The translations under genes were made by a program, and so were the position numbers. The notes under the pieces are model-generated. The model did no database searches. It was not told where the DNA came from and saw only the letters and a program-made list of their open reading frames with translations. From NCBI RefSeq assembly GCF_009914755.1, contig NC_060930.1: DNA of 64,000 bases. One strand, written 5' to 3'. The DNA comes from the human T2T-CHM13v2.0 reference genome, Homo sapiens. Shown here one piece after another: positions 1 to 17,700 of the stretch (within the stretch, counting starts at the first letter, position 1; each line of letters opens with the position of its first letter).

Positions 1-1127
1 TGCATATCCCAGAGTCATTCTGCATTATAAGATTTTATGGGAATTATTCCTGAAGGATAAGCATAGAACAAAAAAGTCAGTGATAGAGAATAGCTCTCCT
101 AGATACTCTCACTAAATCTCTACTCATCAAAATGCCATCCAGAAGTGAGGGGATGATTATTTGAGTTATAATGGGAAAGTTTCAGATTTGATGGGGTGAA
201 TAATAATATTGGGTAAATCCCCAGGGCTGCTGAATAGCTCTAAGATGCAACTGTAAAGCAAAGGGAAGACAACAGTGACAGGAGCTGACTCACTTTAGCT
301 CTCCACTGTAATCAGTCATTAATTGACTGTTTCTCTTCTAAGGCAGATAACCCCAGAGAGTGTTCTATTTTATGAATTATAACAAAAGTCATTTGAAACT
401 TTTTAATAGTTGCATGCAGCATAGGAAGAACATGTTAATCAGTTCTACTCTCCCAAGAGCTGGATCCCTGTGGACATGGAGAAAACAAGATCATTGCTGT
501 TGGTAGCTTAATTCTAATAGTTATTACAATGAGATATCTAGGGTCTTGTTCTTCCTTCCAACTTTTATAAAGAACTGCAGAAGGTGAAAATCAATTTCCC
601 ACTTGCTCTAGTTTTAAATATTACCCATTGATGTCATCACTCAGAATCCCTTAAGATTTTTCAGTTATGCAGAGAGAATCACATGAGTAAATGTAGCCAT
701 CTTTCAATTTTACCAGAAAAAAAATGGCCTAAGAAAAACTTATTTTATCAATAAATCCAAATATTTCTCATTCTTTAGTCTCTCCAATCTATAATTCCAT
801 CTTTCTTTTCTCAACTCCTTAACTATCAGGGACAATAAGTCAATTGTTAAATGAGTTAGTGGGTTGAGTATCTTTTCTTTTTACTTAGAAGACAGAGAAA
901 ACATGAAAAAACAAATGACATTAAACTGAAGCTTAATTTTAAAAATTTACTTCCAAAATTTATTTAACCCTTTTAAATGTTAAAGTAACATATAGTCATA
1001 ATTATATATTACATTTTCACATGGTTATATGTTAACTTTTTTATTTTTACAAGACTAAACAGGGAAAATTAAAAATTCACTTCTTTGAAACTCCCGTTAT
1101 CTTTGCATATTTATGTAAATCATAGTA

Positions 1128-4235
<3,108 letters not shown>

Positions 4236-4546
4236 AGAATAAAAAGCATAAATTGAAAATCCACTTCCTTCAAAATCCAGTTATCTTGGCATATTCATGT
4301 AAATTATAATATTTTAGAAATGGGGATGCATTATAGCTGAAATTTTGAAACACAATTTTTCAAAAGTTAATGTATTTTATTTAATATATAACTATATTTT
4401 AATAATTTCAATTTTAATATAGTATTCTTTAACAATTTATATTTACTCTCTAATACGTTTTAATATGTTTAAAAATATATTTGAAATATTTACTATGTAA
4501 TACACTCAAAATATGTTTAAAATATTTTTGTTTAGCTTCCGTATCA

Positions 4547-4622
4547 ACACACACACACACACACATACACACACATGCGCACACACACATACACACACAT
4601 GCACACACACACACGCACACAC
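4547..4622. repeat. Imperfect (CA)n microsatellite
   Basis: Visible directly. Confidence 0.95.
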
Positions 4623-5389
4623 CACATTTTTCTGTGACTTTATACTTTTTATTTATGAATGTACATATACTTAACCATTATTCAGTCAATGAACATTTAG
4701 TCTGTTCCCTTTTTTTATCCACAATATAACTGTGCTATGTATATATCTTTTTGCACTTATGTAAGTATTTCTAATAATAAATTCCTGAAAGTGGAATTAT
4801 TGGGTTAAAGACTTGTGCATTTACCAAATTTCCAAAAATCTGGCAAAACTATCCTCCAAAAATTTAAAACTGATTTACATTCTCACACACAATTTATGAG
4901 AGTGCCATTCTCTATTATCATAGACTGAATATGACCCAACTGAAAAGTATGTGCAACATGACACCAGAAAAATAATTACTGATTGTTGTGTTAATTTGTA
5001 CTTATTTAATTATGCATTAGGTTGAAAAAATATTACATGTTTTACGACCATATGCATTACAATTTCAGTAAATTGTATCTCACTATCCTTTACCCATTTG
5101 CCTTGCCCAGGTAAGCTTAATCCTTTTGATTTGAAAAAGCTTACAAATTGGAAAAAGTTCTTTGATCACTAAAAATATTTGCTGTCTGTTCCACAAATGT
5201 GTTGTAAATATTTTTCTCTGTTTTCAAAAACAGAGCAGGATTCATCTGGAAACGTATTGAGCCATTGTGATTTGTTCATTGGCCATAATACTTGATTCTT
5301 ACATTCCTTTTTACTTCACTCTATTTTGATAACAATTATGAAATGATACAATTTTAAACCCAGATAACATATACATGTTCTGCTTCTGA

Positions 5390-5702
<313 letters not shown>

Positions 5703-8123
5703 TTAGGGTCAGTCATGAGTTTCAAATAACATCGATTTGATGAAAACGCAAGCTTTCATCTCTCACAGCAATGAATGTGCTCAATGTTTCTTCTTAAGCT
5801 ATGCGCCTTCCTAAAGAAATCTCTCTAATCCTTCACTTCTCTTAGAGACAATATTATCATTTTGGAGGTTCTTGGGGGCCAATTTTACCTTCTCCAAAGG
5901 GTAATCAGTGTGACTTCAGTTTTTTGTTTGAATATAATTTATTGAGCATCAGTCAACCAAATTTCATGTGTTTATTTTGTATGTCATACATTCCAGTAAC
6001 TTTACCAATCGAACCTGTAAATAAAAGTTACAAATGAAGTGACAATGGCAAAAAAAAAAACTCTTTGGATTTAATATAATTTTCAATTGAAAATTATATT
6101 CAAATATAAATAAATTAGACTTTAATATTATTTCCTAAGAAAACTGACAAAATCTCAATTTTGGACAAAGAAGTGTTCAAATATTGTTCATATTTGCCCT
6201 ATGTTGCCAAATGTATTTTTTTGCCCCACCAAACACCAAAAATATTTTACCATAGAAATAAAAAGTCAAATTTTAAGGATATGAACAGCTATGGCCCAGA
6301 CTAAAACCTAAAAATGGTCCTAAGAGTTTTTATTCCCAATCATCTGATGATTTCCCTGATGACTCCATGATTTCCCATAAGAATTTACTCTTCTATTTCC
6401 TTCTGCAGCACTAGTTAATTACCCAAAGGAGCATGCAACCCCCATGATCTTTGCAAGAAAATACGTTGTGCCAACTTTCAGGTACCACTTTTGATCCTAA
6501 GAAATAAGCCCTCCATTTTCTTCCCCATCTGGGTCTATAAGACCTTTCAAATCTGCCTTGGTTATTTTCTGGAGTCAGCAGGACATCCTTGTCTTGGAGC
6601 TTTGGTTGACAACTCCAGAAAGCCTGGTGAACACCAGGTATTTGTCCCAAATGGCAGGTAGACAGAGGAAGAATGTGAACACTGTTTTCTATTACAATTG
6701 CCTCTTTTCTCCATAATTTAATTACCCCATTGCAATTACTCCATTTTACCTTTTTCTGAAGTAGTGCAACATCATTACTCTATCACTTACATCAAATTGT
6801 AAGAAAAGGAATCACATGGCTTTGTTCCTCTTTTATCTTCAGAAAAAAACTAGAATCTAATGCAGAGAAGAGAGTTTGGGGCTTGTCACCTTGTTTCTTG
6901 ACAAGTTGAGATCATTGTAATCACTTCCATATGATTTCTGGTGCATTCGTATCATAATCATACTGTTACTTTCTATTTCTATTAACCACATAATCTTCCA
7001 CAAAATCCTAGATAACAATCCAAGCCAGAGGAAATAACATGAACATTTCTTCTTCCTGTATACTTTGGGAAAGTTGAAACCAGGTAAGCCTAAATGACCA
7101 GAGAAAATAGGGAAATTTTTCTTTTACTTTGGTATACTGTATTTGACTATGGAAAATAAATTTACTATAAGAACGTCAATGTCAAGACGTTTTCACCAAA
7201 GACAAGTTTTTCATTTGAAAATCAAAATATCTGTGATAAAAATTTAAGTCCTACTCTGTATTTATTTTTTCTCATTTCCTAATTGAATATACTAATTAGA
7301 AGCAGCCCTTAATTCTGTAGATTGCATTGTAGTGTGAGGTATATTTCACACCCATATTGTACCTGCTGTTCTGCTATTTTCACACTTCTCCTTTTCTCTG
7401 TTATTTCACTTTTATCCTAGTATCCTTTAACCCAGTTATGAGTGTGTGTCTTTATGAATCGATCTGACTTTATTCTTCTTAGCCATGTTAGGGTCATTTT
7501 TTAAATTTATGTTTTTAAATGATGCTTTTTAAATTCCTTTTTATTTACCACATTCTCCTTCCCTTTGTCTCTACTCGTCCCTATTGCCGTGCACCTCTCC
7601 TCTGTAAGCTAATCACATTGTTTTTTAACATTTGCAAAAGGCTAACTGAAGATAAAATATATTCAAAATTGCCATTTTATTAATGGACAGAATATGCTCC
7701 CTGACTTTGGCAATCTTGGTTGCAAAATTCTCTTGCTTACAAAGACATGAATTGTAGAGATCAAAGTTGACAGTAAGTATTTCACGGGAATAAAGAACTG
7801 TGATATTTAGTAGATACAGTTATAACCTAAGTGAAAAGATAACATTAACACTGTAAAGTAGATGCATACTTATGCCACAGTAATTAGATCATAATAGTTC
7901 AGCTCATGGTGGGCAGTAATTTCCCTGTGTCTTGTGTTTTTCAAAAATGCAAGTAGTGAGCTCAGCCATGGTGTCACATTTTCAGGTCATTGTCAACATT
8001 GAGGGCATGTAGAAGACAGCTATTAGGTGACAATACATTTGCTAACCTTGTTTATAAGAACAGTTGAAGGAAAGTGAATGTCTTAGACTACAGAAAATTT
8101 AGTCAAGATGTAGTAAATGCCTA

Positions 8124-8462
<339 letters not shown>

Positions 8463-8760
8463 ACAGTTAATGATGTAATAGGAAGAGGTATTAGATTGAT
8501 GTGTATTCAATAAATTTAAAATAGTTTGTCTTGTGCATCATAGGGAGAAAATGTCTACTTAATAAAAAGAGGATTATAAATAAGAATTTCCCAACAATGA
8601 AACACTTTGCCTTATGTGTTTGAACAAATGATAAACAGCTTATATAGCTAGCTGGGCAGAAGATATGCTACAATTATTGAATGGGTTGTTAGGCTTGATA
8701 GTTATATGTCCCCCCCAAATCCTGACATTCAATGGTATTCACATATTGCAGATTAAATAT

Positions 8761-8781
8761 TCTTCATTTTGTCCCTACTAG
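8761..8781 (+). promoter_or_regulatory. Putative splice acceptor of the OR coding exon
   Basis: Polypyrimidine tract TCTTCATTTTGTCCCTACTAG ending 27 nt before the OR ATG, the usual layout of OR genes with a non-coding 5' exon. Confidence 0.45.
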
Positions 8782-8808
8782 CTATACAGATGATGTGAAA
8801 GGAAGGCA

Positions 8809-9734
8809 ATGGAAAAATCCAATGTCAGCTCAGTGTATGGTTTTATCTTGGTGGGTTTCTCTGATCGTCCCAAGCTGGAGATGGTGCTCTTTACAGTAAA
8901 TTTTATTCTGTATTCAGTGGCTGTGCTGGGAAATTCAACCATAATCCTTGTGTGTATATTAGACTCTCAACTTCATACCCCAATGTACTTCTTTCTGGCA
9001 AATCTTTCCTTTCTAGATCTCTGCTTCAGTACTAGTTGCATCCCACAAATGCTGGTAAACCTCTGGGGCCCTGACAAGACTATTAGCTGTGCTGGCTGTG
9101 TTGTCCAGCTTTTCTCTTTCCTTTCTGTCAGGGGAATTGAGTGCATCCTTCTGGCTGTCATGGCCTATGACAGCTATGCTGCAGTCTGCAAACCGTTGCG
9201 CTATCTGGTCATTATGCACCTCCAGCTGTGTCTAGGACTGATGGCTGCAGCCTGGGGGAGTGGACTGGTCAATGCCGTTGTCATGTCACCACTAACAATG
9301 ACCCTCTCCAGAAGTGGCCGCCGCCGAGTTAACCATTTCCTCTGTGAAAGCCAGCACTGATCAAGATGGCTTGTTTGGATGTTCGTGCAGTGGAAATGCT
9401 GGCTTTTGCTTTTGCCGTTCTCATTGTCCTACTGCCCCTCACTCTTATTCTTGTCTCCTACGGCTACATTGCTGCAGCTGTGCTAAGCATCAAGTCAGCT
9501 GCCAGGCAATGGAAGGCCTTCCATACCTGTAGCTCTCACCTCACAGTGGTCTCCCTGTTTTATGGGAGCATCATCTATATGTATATGCAGCCAGGAAACA
9601 GTTCTTCCCAAGACCAAGGCAGGTTTCTCACTCTCTTCTACAACCTGGTGACTCCTATGTTGAATCTGCTCATCTATACTTTAAGGAATAAGGAGGTGAA
9701 AGGAGCACTGAAGAAGGTTTTGGGGAGGCAATAA
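8809..9734 (+). pseudogene. OR2W4P: Olfactory receptor family 2 subfamily W pseudogene
   Basis: OR motifs GFILVGFS, LHTPMYFFLANLSFLD, MAYDSY (MAYDRY mutated), NHFLCE, KAFHTCSSHL, NLLIYTLRNKEVK (NP mutated). A 1-nt deletion near 9350 (TGT GAA A-G CCA GCA) splits it into ORFs 8809-9360 and 9366-9734; repaired length is ~308 aa. The symbol is assigned from recalled gene order (about 33 kb from IQCB2P). Confidence 0.9.
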
Positions 9735-11342
9735 TGAACTGGAGAAATATGATAAGTTGTGAAGTCTTAGGCAAAATATCTTTTCCAAATACATTTATTT
9801 TGTGCTTATAAGAAATCTAGCCAATGTATCAAACATTCTTGGATTTTTAAAGTATGAATAAATACACTGAAGTATATCCAAAATCAATATGAATCAACCA
9901 TAGCTACACTTGATATGAATAAGTCTTAGCCTAATAATATTTAGTAAAAAGAATTAAGTCCCAGAAGAAATGTGAAATGACTCTCATATAGATATAAAAT
10001 AAATGTGTTAAAGATTTTTATTCAACTCAATCAATGAGGGGCCCACACAGATGTAATAAGTGGTTCAAAAAAAAGTCAAAGAAGCACAAATTTATAAGGA
10101 GTAAATCAATGTGGAAATGCATGTGCAAATAGAGGCTAAACTTGCTTCTTCCACTGTGGGAGAAGGAAGTAAATTCAATCTCTACCCAACAGGACTGAAT
10201 TTGTATGTCATAGACAAGAATTATTTTACATTGCTATCAGTTAATAATTTACAAAATTGTAAAATATCTGCCACAGAATCAGAATCAGATTGTTCAAAGG
10301 GATGTCCTCTAGAATCTGGACAATGCATAATTTTTCACTGAAGCATAAATTTTTCCCTGTAAGTTAAATCCTGTATCTTATTCATGTTACAACACTAAGT
10401 ATATAGTCTCAAGCCTCTTAATTAACCTGGGTCACACAGAGAATAAGTGGGATTTGCAAATGGTGTATATGATGCCTGAACCTTTGCTGTTAACCACTGA
10501 ATAATATTGTCTTTGTTATAGAGTGTTGGTGCATAGATCACTCAATAATCAGCCCCAGGCTGTTTGTTTCATCAGTTTGTACAATCCTTCAAGCATGAGG
10601 GATATGCTAATAGACTCTCTGAGAGAATTCTCACCACTTATTAATATCAGCCATTTCCACATTGTCCCATGCAAACTCCCCATCCAAATCTTTTCCATGT
10701 TTTGGTGGTCAGCTCAATGCAACATACTTATAAAATTGTCTGAGAATCTTTGATTTAAAAATGTTCTAGCACTCCTTTTAACATATGGCATTTTTATACA
10801 CTGAAATGACAGGTTTTCTACTCCATATTATACTTATGTATTTCTCATGTATCCTACTAGATTGTAAGTTCCTTGATGGTAGGGCTATTTATTTTCTTAA
10901 TCTCTCTTAGCATCATTCCAGGTATTAAGTTGATATCAAAGTGCCTTGCAGATAGTAAGTGATCAATAGTAGCTTGGGGTGATTATTAATTTTAACTGAT
11001 TAATTATTTCTTCCATAAATTATTTCTTCTTTTTTAATTGATGCCACTATCTAATTCTGTCTCTGTTCTTCAAAATTACAAATAAATCTATAACAATATA
11101 ATGTCTCAGTTTAAAGCTATTGTCAAAAGTTTTATACTTTTCTTTCTTAATTCAATGTAAACTATACAATAAGAGAAAAAAATAGTCATTAAGGAATTTC
11201 TTACCATGGGTATCAAAAGTCATCCCCATATTTTTGGAATAAAAACTTTTTTTCTTAAATATGCATTATAAACTCAAGAGAAATTATGATGAATTCTGCC
11301 ACAGTCTAAGAATTAGTGTTTAAGAATTAGTTTGAGAGTTAG

Positions 11343-11816
11343 TTAAGAATTAGTTTGATCACACGTTTGAATTAACTAAGAGTTAACACCACCTGGACAG
11401 ATCATTTTCAGTGATATGAAAGTTAGTTTTGGCCACAACATGTTGATTATACCTCTAACTCTGATTATACCTCTAAGTCAATTTTATAAAGATAAAATCT
11501 TGATAGTATTTGTTCTTGGTTTTAAAGAGTGTCTGCCTCAATATGCCCCAATGTATCCAAATAAATAAGTAATCACTCCCTTAATGCAATTAATTTGGTC
11601 AGTCTAAAAAGAATTAGGGCCAGAGGTAACTTTTTATGTGGGACTCAAAATCCTACCAATGTTACACATTACAAATATTTATGATTTGCAGACATAACAC
11701 ATTCATTGGCAAGTAAGTGCAATAAATTTACAAGTTATTTTGCCAAAATATGTCAAGTAACATTTTATTCACTTGCACAAAAATAAATATATCATCTGTG
11801 CAATAGAAATATCTGA
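11343..11816 (-). repeat. Left (derived) arm of a ~475-bp inverted duplication
   Basis: Reverse complement of 13861-14336; manual alignment gives 6 substitutions and one 2-bp indel. Confidence 0.97.
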
Positions 11817-11900
11817 TGACAACAACAGTGCAGCATTCTCAGTTCCAGAAGAAAGGTGAATTGGCTCTCATATAGATATAAAATTACTGCTAAAATCCCT

Positions 11901-11963
11901 GCTATGCTGCAGTCTGCAAAACCTTTGTGCTATATGGTCATTATGCACCCCCAGCTGTGTCTA
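11901..11963 (+). other. 62-bp templated copy of OR coding sequence 9173-9234
   Basis: GCTATGCTGCAGTCTGCAAA..GGTCATTATGCACC(C/T)CCAGCTGTGTCTA is present at both places. Confidence 0.93.
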
Positions 11964-13182
11964 CAACAACAGTGCAGCGTTGGCATGCATGTGACAACAG
12001 TGCATCCAATCCTCTTTGGATTGGCATAAGAAGGATATTTCTCCCCTCATTAAAATGGTTTTCTCTCATGCAATTTCTTTATGGTCTCAAGTTCATTATT
12101 CCCTATTTGTTACCCATTTCCCATTGTTAAACATTAAAACCAGCAAAAATATTTTTTAAAAAAGCTTCTGTAAATATAAGTGGGAAAATATATGTTTGCA
12201 ATTCATAGATGTGCTGGAAAGTTATGAAGGCCAGTGGGAGTGATTATATTTACATAATACCAAATTTTACACTGAAAATAGAAATTACTTTTAATGAAGT
12301 TACTGCAATGAGCAGGTGGAAAAAATGCTTTAAATGAACTTACTTTTGTCTCTGGTGCAGAGTTGCATATACCATTTTTTAAAGCTACAGAGATTTAAGT
12401 TAGGGGACATCTAGAATTTCTATTCTTGTGATAAATGTACAAGCCCCCATAATATGTGTTATAGATTTGGTGATTTCCAAACAGCTTCTACTTCTCTGCT
12501 TTTTGTATTTGTTTCAGAAGACATCAATAGTAATTTAATATCTTAAAAAGCCATGTTCATTTTTCATATTCTGTGTTTTACAGAGTATTTGTCTTGAAAT
12601 AACATATTGGCAGTATTCTTAAGACCGAGAATAAAAAAAAATGTTTTGCTATTCGAGGCCTAAAATCCAACTAAAATAATTTGTAAAGGTGTAACAGAAG
12701 AAATATGAATATGGAATGAGTGCCATGTATCAGTTCTAAAATAAATTTTGTAGATTGTCGATCCTATAAGATCTCCCTTTTATTCATGGTATATATACTC
12801 CCTGTAAATGTGTTCAGAATTTTTCACAACAGAACTATCTACTGCATCTGTACTGCATTGCCAAAGAAATTCTTCTGTTGGATCTCAGAAGTTCTTAGTA
12901 TCTTTAGTAGTTTTTTTAAAAGGATAAACTAATTCAAACCTCTTTCTACTAGAGTATTTTATTGTAAGAGGAGATCATTTTTGTGGAAATAGTCACTAAA
13001 ATGAATAAATCCAAAATGTGAGAATATCACTCATCATTATGAGACTTATTAAAAATAATAGTTATCAGCTTGAGAAGAGAGGACGGCTCACAAACCTCCA
13101 CAAAGACATAGCTGTTCACATTCACTCTGTGTAAAAATAAATATCACAATTATAACTGATAAGAACATTTAAATAATATTTA

Positions 13183-13470
13183 CTTTTTTTGAGACAGTCT
13201 CACTTTGTCACCCAGGCTGGAGTGCAGTGGCACAATCCAGCTCACTGCAGCCTCAACTTACTGGGGCTCAAGTGATCCTCCCACCTCAGCCTCCCTGGTA
13301 GCTGGGACTACAGGTGTGCCCCACTATGCACAGCTAATTTTTCTATATTTTGTAGAGATGGGGTCTCACCATGTTGCCCAGGCTGGTCTCAAACTCCTGG
13401 GCTCAAGCAATCTGCCTGCCTCAGCCTCCCAAAGTGTTGAGATTACAGGAGTGAGCCATGGCGCCCAGGA
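13183..13470 (-). mobile_element. AluJ
   Basis: Reverse Alu with GGCTCAAGTGATCCTCCCACCTCAGCC; TSD AATATTTACTTTTT on both sides. Confidence 0.94.
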
Positions 13471-13860
13471 AATATTTACTTTTTAAGTATAAAAAGTAGC
13501 TTCTTTCTTCTGGTTTCTTGTTAAAAGTGCCAATATCTTCTTCTTCATGATTATGAAGAAAAATAAAAAATTCTGTTTCACCTTGTATAGTAACTGTTTC
13601 TAAAATTCCAGAATTGATTGGTTCTCTGAAAAACAAAAATCTATGTTGACTATAATTTGTAATGCCCTCAGCTAGTGTCTCTGCTATATATACCTCTATG
13701 TTATAAGACTATGGGAACATTCTTCAAAAATATTATCTAAAGAGCCCATGTAAAGATTATCATGGAATAATACAATGAGGAAATTTAATTATTCTGTGAC
13801 ATCAAACATATGCTTGCCTAAGAAACCTAAAAAAAGTTAAATTATTTTTGAAATTTTCAG

Positions 13861-14336
13861 TCAGATATTTCTATTGCACAGATGATATATTTATTTTTGT
13901 GCAAGTGAAAAAAATGTTACTTGACATATTTTGGCAAAATAACTTGTAAATTTATTGCACTTACTTGCCAATGAATGTGTTATGTCTGCAAATCATAAAT
14001 ATTTGTAATGTGTAACACTGGTAGGATTTTGAGTCCCACATAAAAAGTTACCTCTGGCCCTAATTCTTTTTAGACTGATCAAATTAATTGCATTAAGGGA
14101 GTGATTAACTATTTATTTGGATACATTGGGGCATATTGAGGCAGACACTCTTTAAAACCAAGAACAAATACTATCAAGATTTTATCTTTATAAAATTGAC
14201 TTAGAGGTATAATCAGAGTTAGAGGTATAATCAACATGTTGTGGCCAAAACTAACTTTCATATCACTGAAAATGATCTGTCCAGATGGTGTTAACTCTTA
14301 GTTAATTCAAACATGTGTGATCAAACTAATTCTTAA
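13861..14336 (+). repeat. Right (ancestral) arm of the inverted duplication
   Basis: Pairs with 11343-11816; its flank stays collinear with the older paralogous segment at ~17872-18160. Confidence 0.97.
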
Positions 14337-14408
14337 ACACTCCAGCTCAATACTTCATTTGTAGGTTATAATCTTTCCATAGGGTAGATGCAGGTTTTCA
14401 TGAAGTTA

Positions 14409-14729
<321 letters not shown>

Positions 14730-17700
14730 TGACCCAGAAATTTAAAAAAACCTTTTCTCCTGTGGATAGACTTTTGTCATTAATTTTTTACAGTGGATAA
14801 AATTATTGTTTACATTTAGATTTAGCCCTAGGTTTTAGAAAACATCCTCCTTTTTCCTTTCTGGTCTTCAACAATATGTATTTTATTTCAAAAAAGAGTG
14901 GAAGAAGAAAGAGCAGAGATATTTTAGTTACTGAACATTAGAGTTGGATCCCAGCTCTGCCATATTTAAATTTACATCTTTCCCCAAGCTACCTAATTTC
15001 TCTCATTCCTGAGTTATTTAGCTGCAAAATCTGAATTATTATATAAATTTCATGGGGTTATTTTTATAGTAATTAATACTATATTGCCATCAATGTAAAA
15101 ATTTTCTTTAACTGTAAAAAGACACGACAATCTATGTAGGTGTCTGAAAGCAAATGTGGTTGAGAACAGGTAGCTATTGAGGCAGGCTCCCCTGAGGTGG
15201 GATTTGGGAATGGCAGAGGGATGACTGCAGACCCACTGCCACCCTGGTTGTACTACTGCTCAGCCTCACCTATCAGAATGTATCATTAGACTAAGGAAAC
15301 AACCAGCTTCCTCCAACTGAACAGGAATAACTCCCAGATTTTTACTCTTCCTCCTTAAGTCATTGCAACTTTAAACAAATGGTTAAATTGCCCTAAATGG
15401 TTCCAGAAATATTCACCCGCATTGTTAAGTTGCTTCAACTTTCAATCTATACTTAAGTCTATAAACTTCATTAGTATTATTAGAAATGACAATTTAATTT
15501 TCCTGTTTTAAATCTCAACATAAAACTTCTGTGGGCCTAGCTATGATAAATTCCGGGTGATAGCAAACATTCTGACATGATCATATTACAATATGATAAT
15601 TTCAGAAAAACTGGTTCTCTGTTAGTAGAAGGAATACAATCAAACAAAATTAGTCATTAGTAATACTTGAACCATAAAAACCTCTTGAATTATTTGGGGA
15701 ATAATAAGTATTTCCTTTGTTTGAAGAACTGCATATTTTGGGCTTCTGAAAACTCATACTACACTTTTATTAGTATGATATCAGCTCTTTGAGAGGGATG
15801 GAAACAGCAGATCTATGAGTCCTGTAAGAGAGACACAATAAGCCCTACCTTAATTTTCCCTCAGGTTCAACAGAGAATAGAGTAACCAGCATTAAAGGTG
15901 ATGCCACTAATAATCCACTCTACATGCAGGATCACTGGAGATGAGCCTAGGGGCCAGAGGCACTTGTTTGTTTGGCTCAGGGAGGTGACTTCCAGGAATT
16001 TGGATCCTAGGTGACATCTTCAAGCAAATAACACAAATATGACATGACCATTTGGTTACCTCCTGGGTTGTGGAGTCTTAATAAGACTCCCTGCTACTCA
16101 GTTCCCTCAATTAGTCATTGTGATGACTGCAGAAATACCTTTCTTATTGAAGATAGCATAGCACCAGTACCTTTGTTGCCTCCCTTGGGTTACCTTCATC
16201 ATAGTTCATTGTGTTCTTGATTGTCAGGTTCTTGATTGTTCTACTTTTTTGACTAAATAATTCTGTTATATCTCTTCCCAAGACCACATTAAATATCTTC
16301 AGGAGTATGGCATATATATATTGCTGTAGTTTATGGTTCCAGACAGTCCCTTTTTCCCAGCAGCAGAGGGAGTTGGGAGGGTGAGAGAATGATCCACGGA
16401 CCGCTGGTTTTTCCTTCTTAAACTGAAAAGTGATCCTACTGCTTTAGTAACTGTATGAATCTGAATTGATAAGGGTAGATAATTATAGGCCATACTTCAA
16501 ATCCTACATGCAGACATTGCCATACTATTTAATTTAGTGGCAAGAAAATGATAGAAAAACTTTCCAAACTTTAATCACCTATCCTGTACTCAAACTTTGA
16601 CTACTTCTTTCTCAAAATTCTATTTCTTTTATTAAGTGCATAAAATTTCATTAAGCACAATCTTTTGATATGATACAAATGTATCATTGATTGATGTATA
16701 ACAATCTTGATATTTTAATATTAATAAATAAATGTGGTATATTTAAGAGGAATCCCATACAATGGTCAACATGAATGAACTTCACTTATACACACTAATA
16801 TGAATGAATCTAGTAGCAATATTAAGAAAAAAAGTAATTCTCAGAAGATACAAGTAATATACTAGCCTGTTTATAAGTTAAAAACAAATAGAACTAAACC
16901 ATGTACTTTTAGGATTACCAATATGTGTCATAAAACTAAATACAAGGGAATGATAAACATAAAATTTAGGGTAGTCATTTTTTCCAGTGAAAGAGAACAG
17001 GGATATGGAAAGGTAAGAACCCTACGTGCAGATATAAGTTACTACCAACATTCAGAATCTCTTGTCAGATGGTGGGTTCACGTGTGTTCATGACATATTT
17101 TTAAAATAACATTATTTGTATTAGTCTAAGGCTTTACACCTTTACATAGAAGAGAGACACAAGCAGCAACTTTTTGGGAAGCTGGAAACCAGGTTAGTGG
17201 ATCCAATTAAGCTGAAAATAACCCAGCTGGAGAGTGGGGAAAGCGGAAGAACACAAGCAAGCTGATTTATTTTGTATAACCTTTGATAGTGGTTGGATTG
17301 TGAGGCTTTAGCGATTTCTGAATGTGAGGGTGCAAGTAAGTCTCAGGAGAGATTATTTTGAAAGTCTGTGTAAGACACAAATAAACACCCATTTCTCCCC
17401 TCACTCCACCAGCCAAGTGATCATTCTCCCCAAACTTTGGCAAAAATGTAGTCTTCTCCACTGTGAGGTTGAACAAAAAGGAAATCAGACTCTGAAATCC
17501 CAAGCTTAGTCCAGTTGAGTAATCCACTGAAAATGAGGGAATGAATGAGAGTCTAGATATTGAATTGTGAGACTCCCCTAATCCATGTTCTCCCACTGGT
17601 TTGAGACCACTATCAGACTTGTTTATGAATCCCACCAGAGTCTTTGAAAGGTTCTTCTTTGAGTAAATTGTCCATACCCTGCCCACCAAAAGGCCTATTG

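Noticed and set aside
8809-9734. Functional OR, or one rescued by polymorphism
   Set aside because: Besides the frameshift, the DRY arginine, the TM7 NP proline and an ECL2 cysteine are substituted, so a single reversion is unlikely to restore function.
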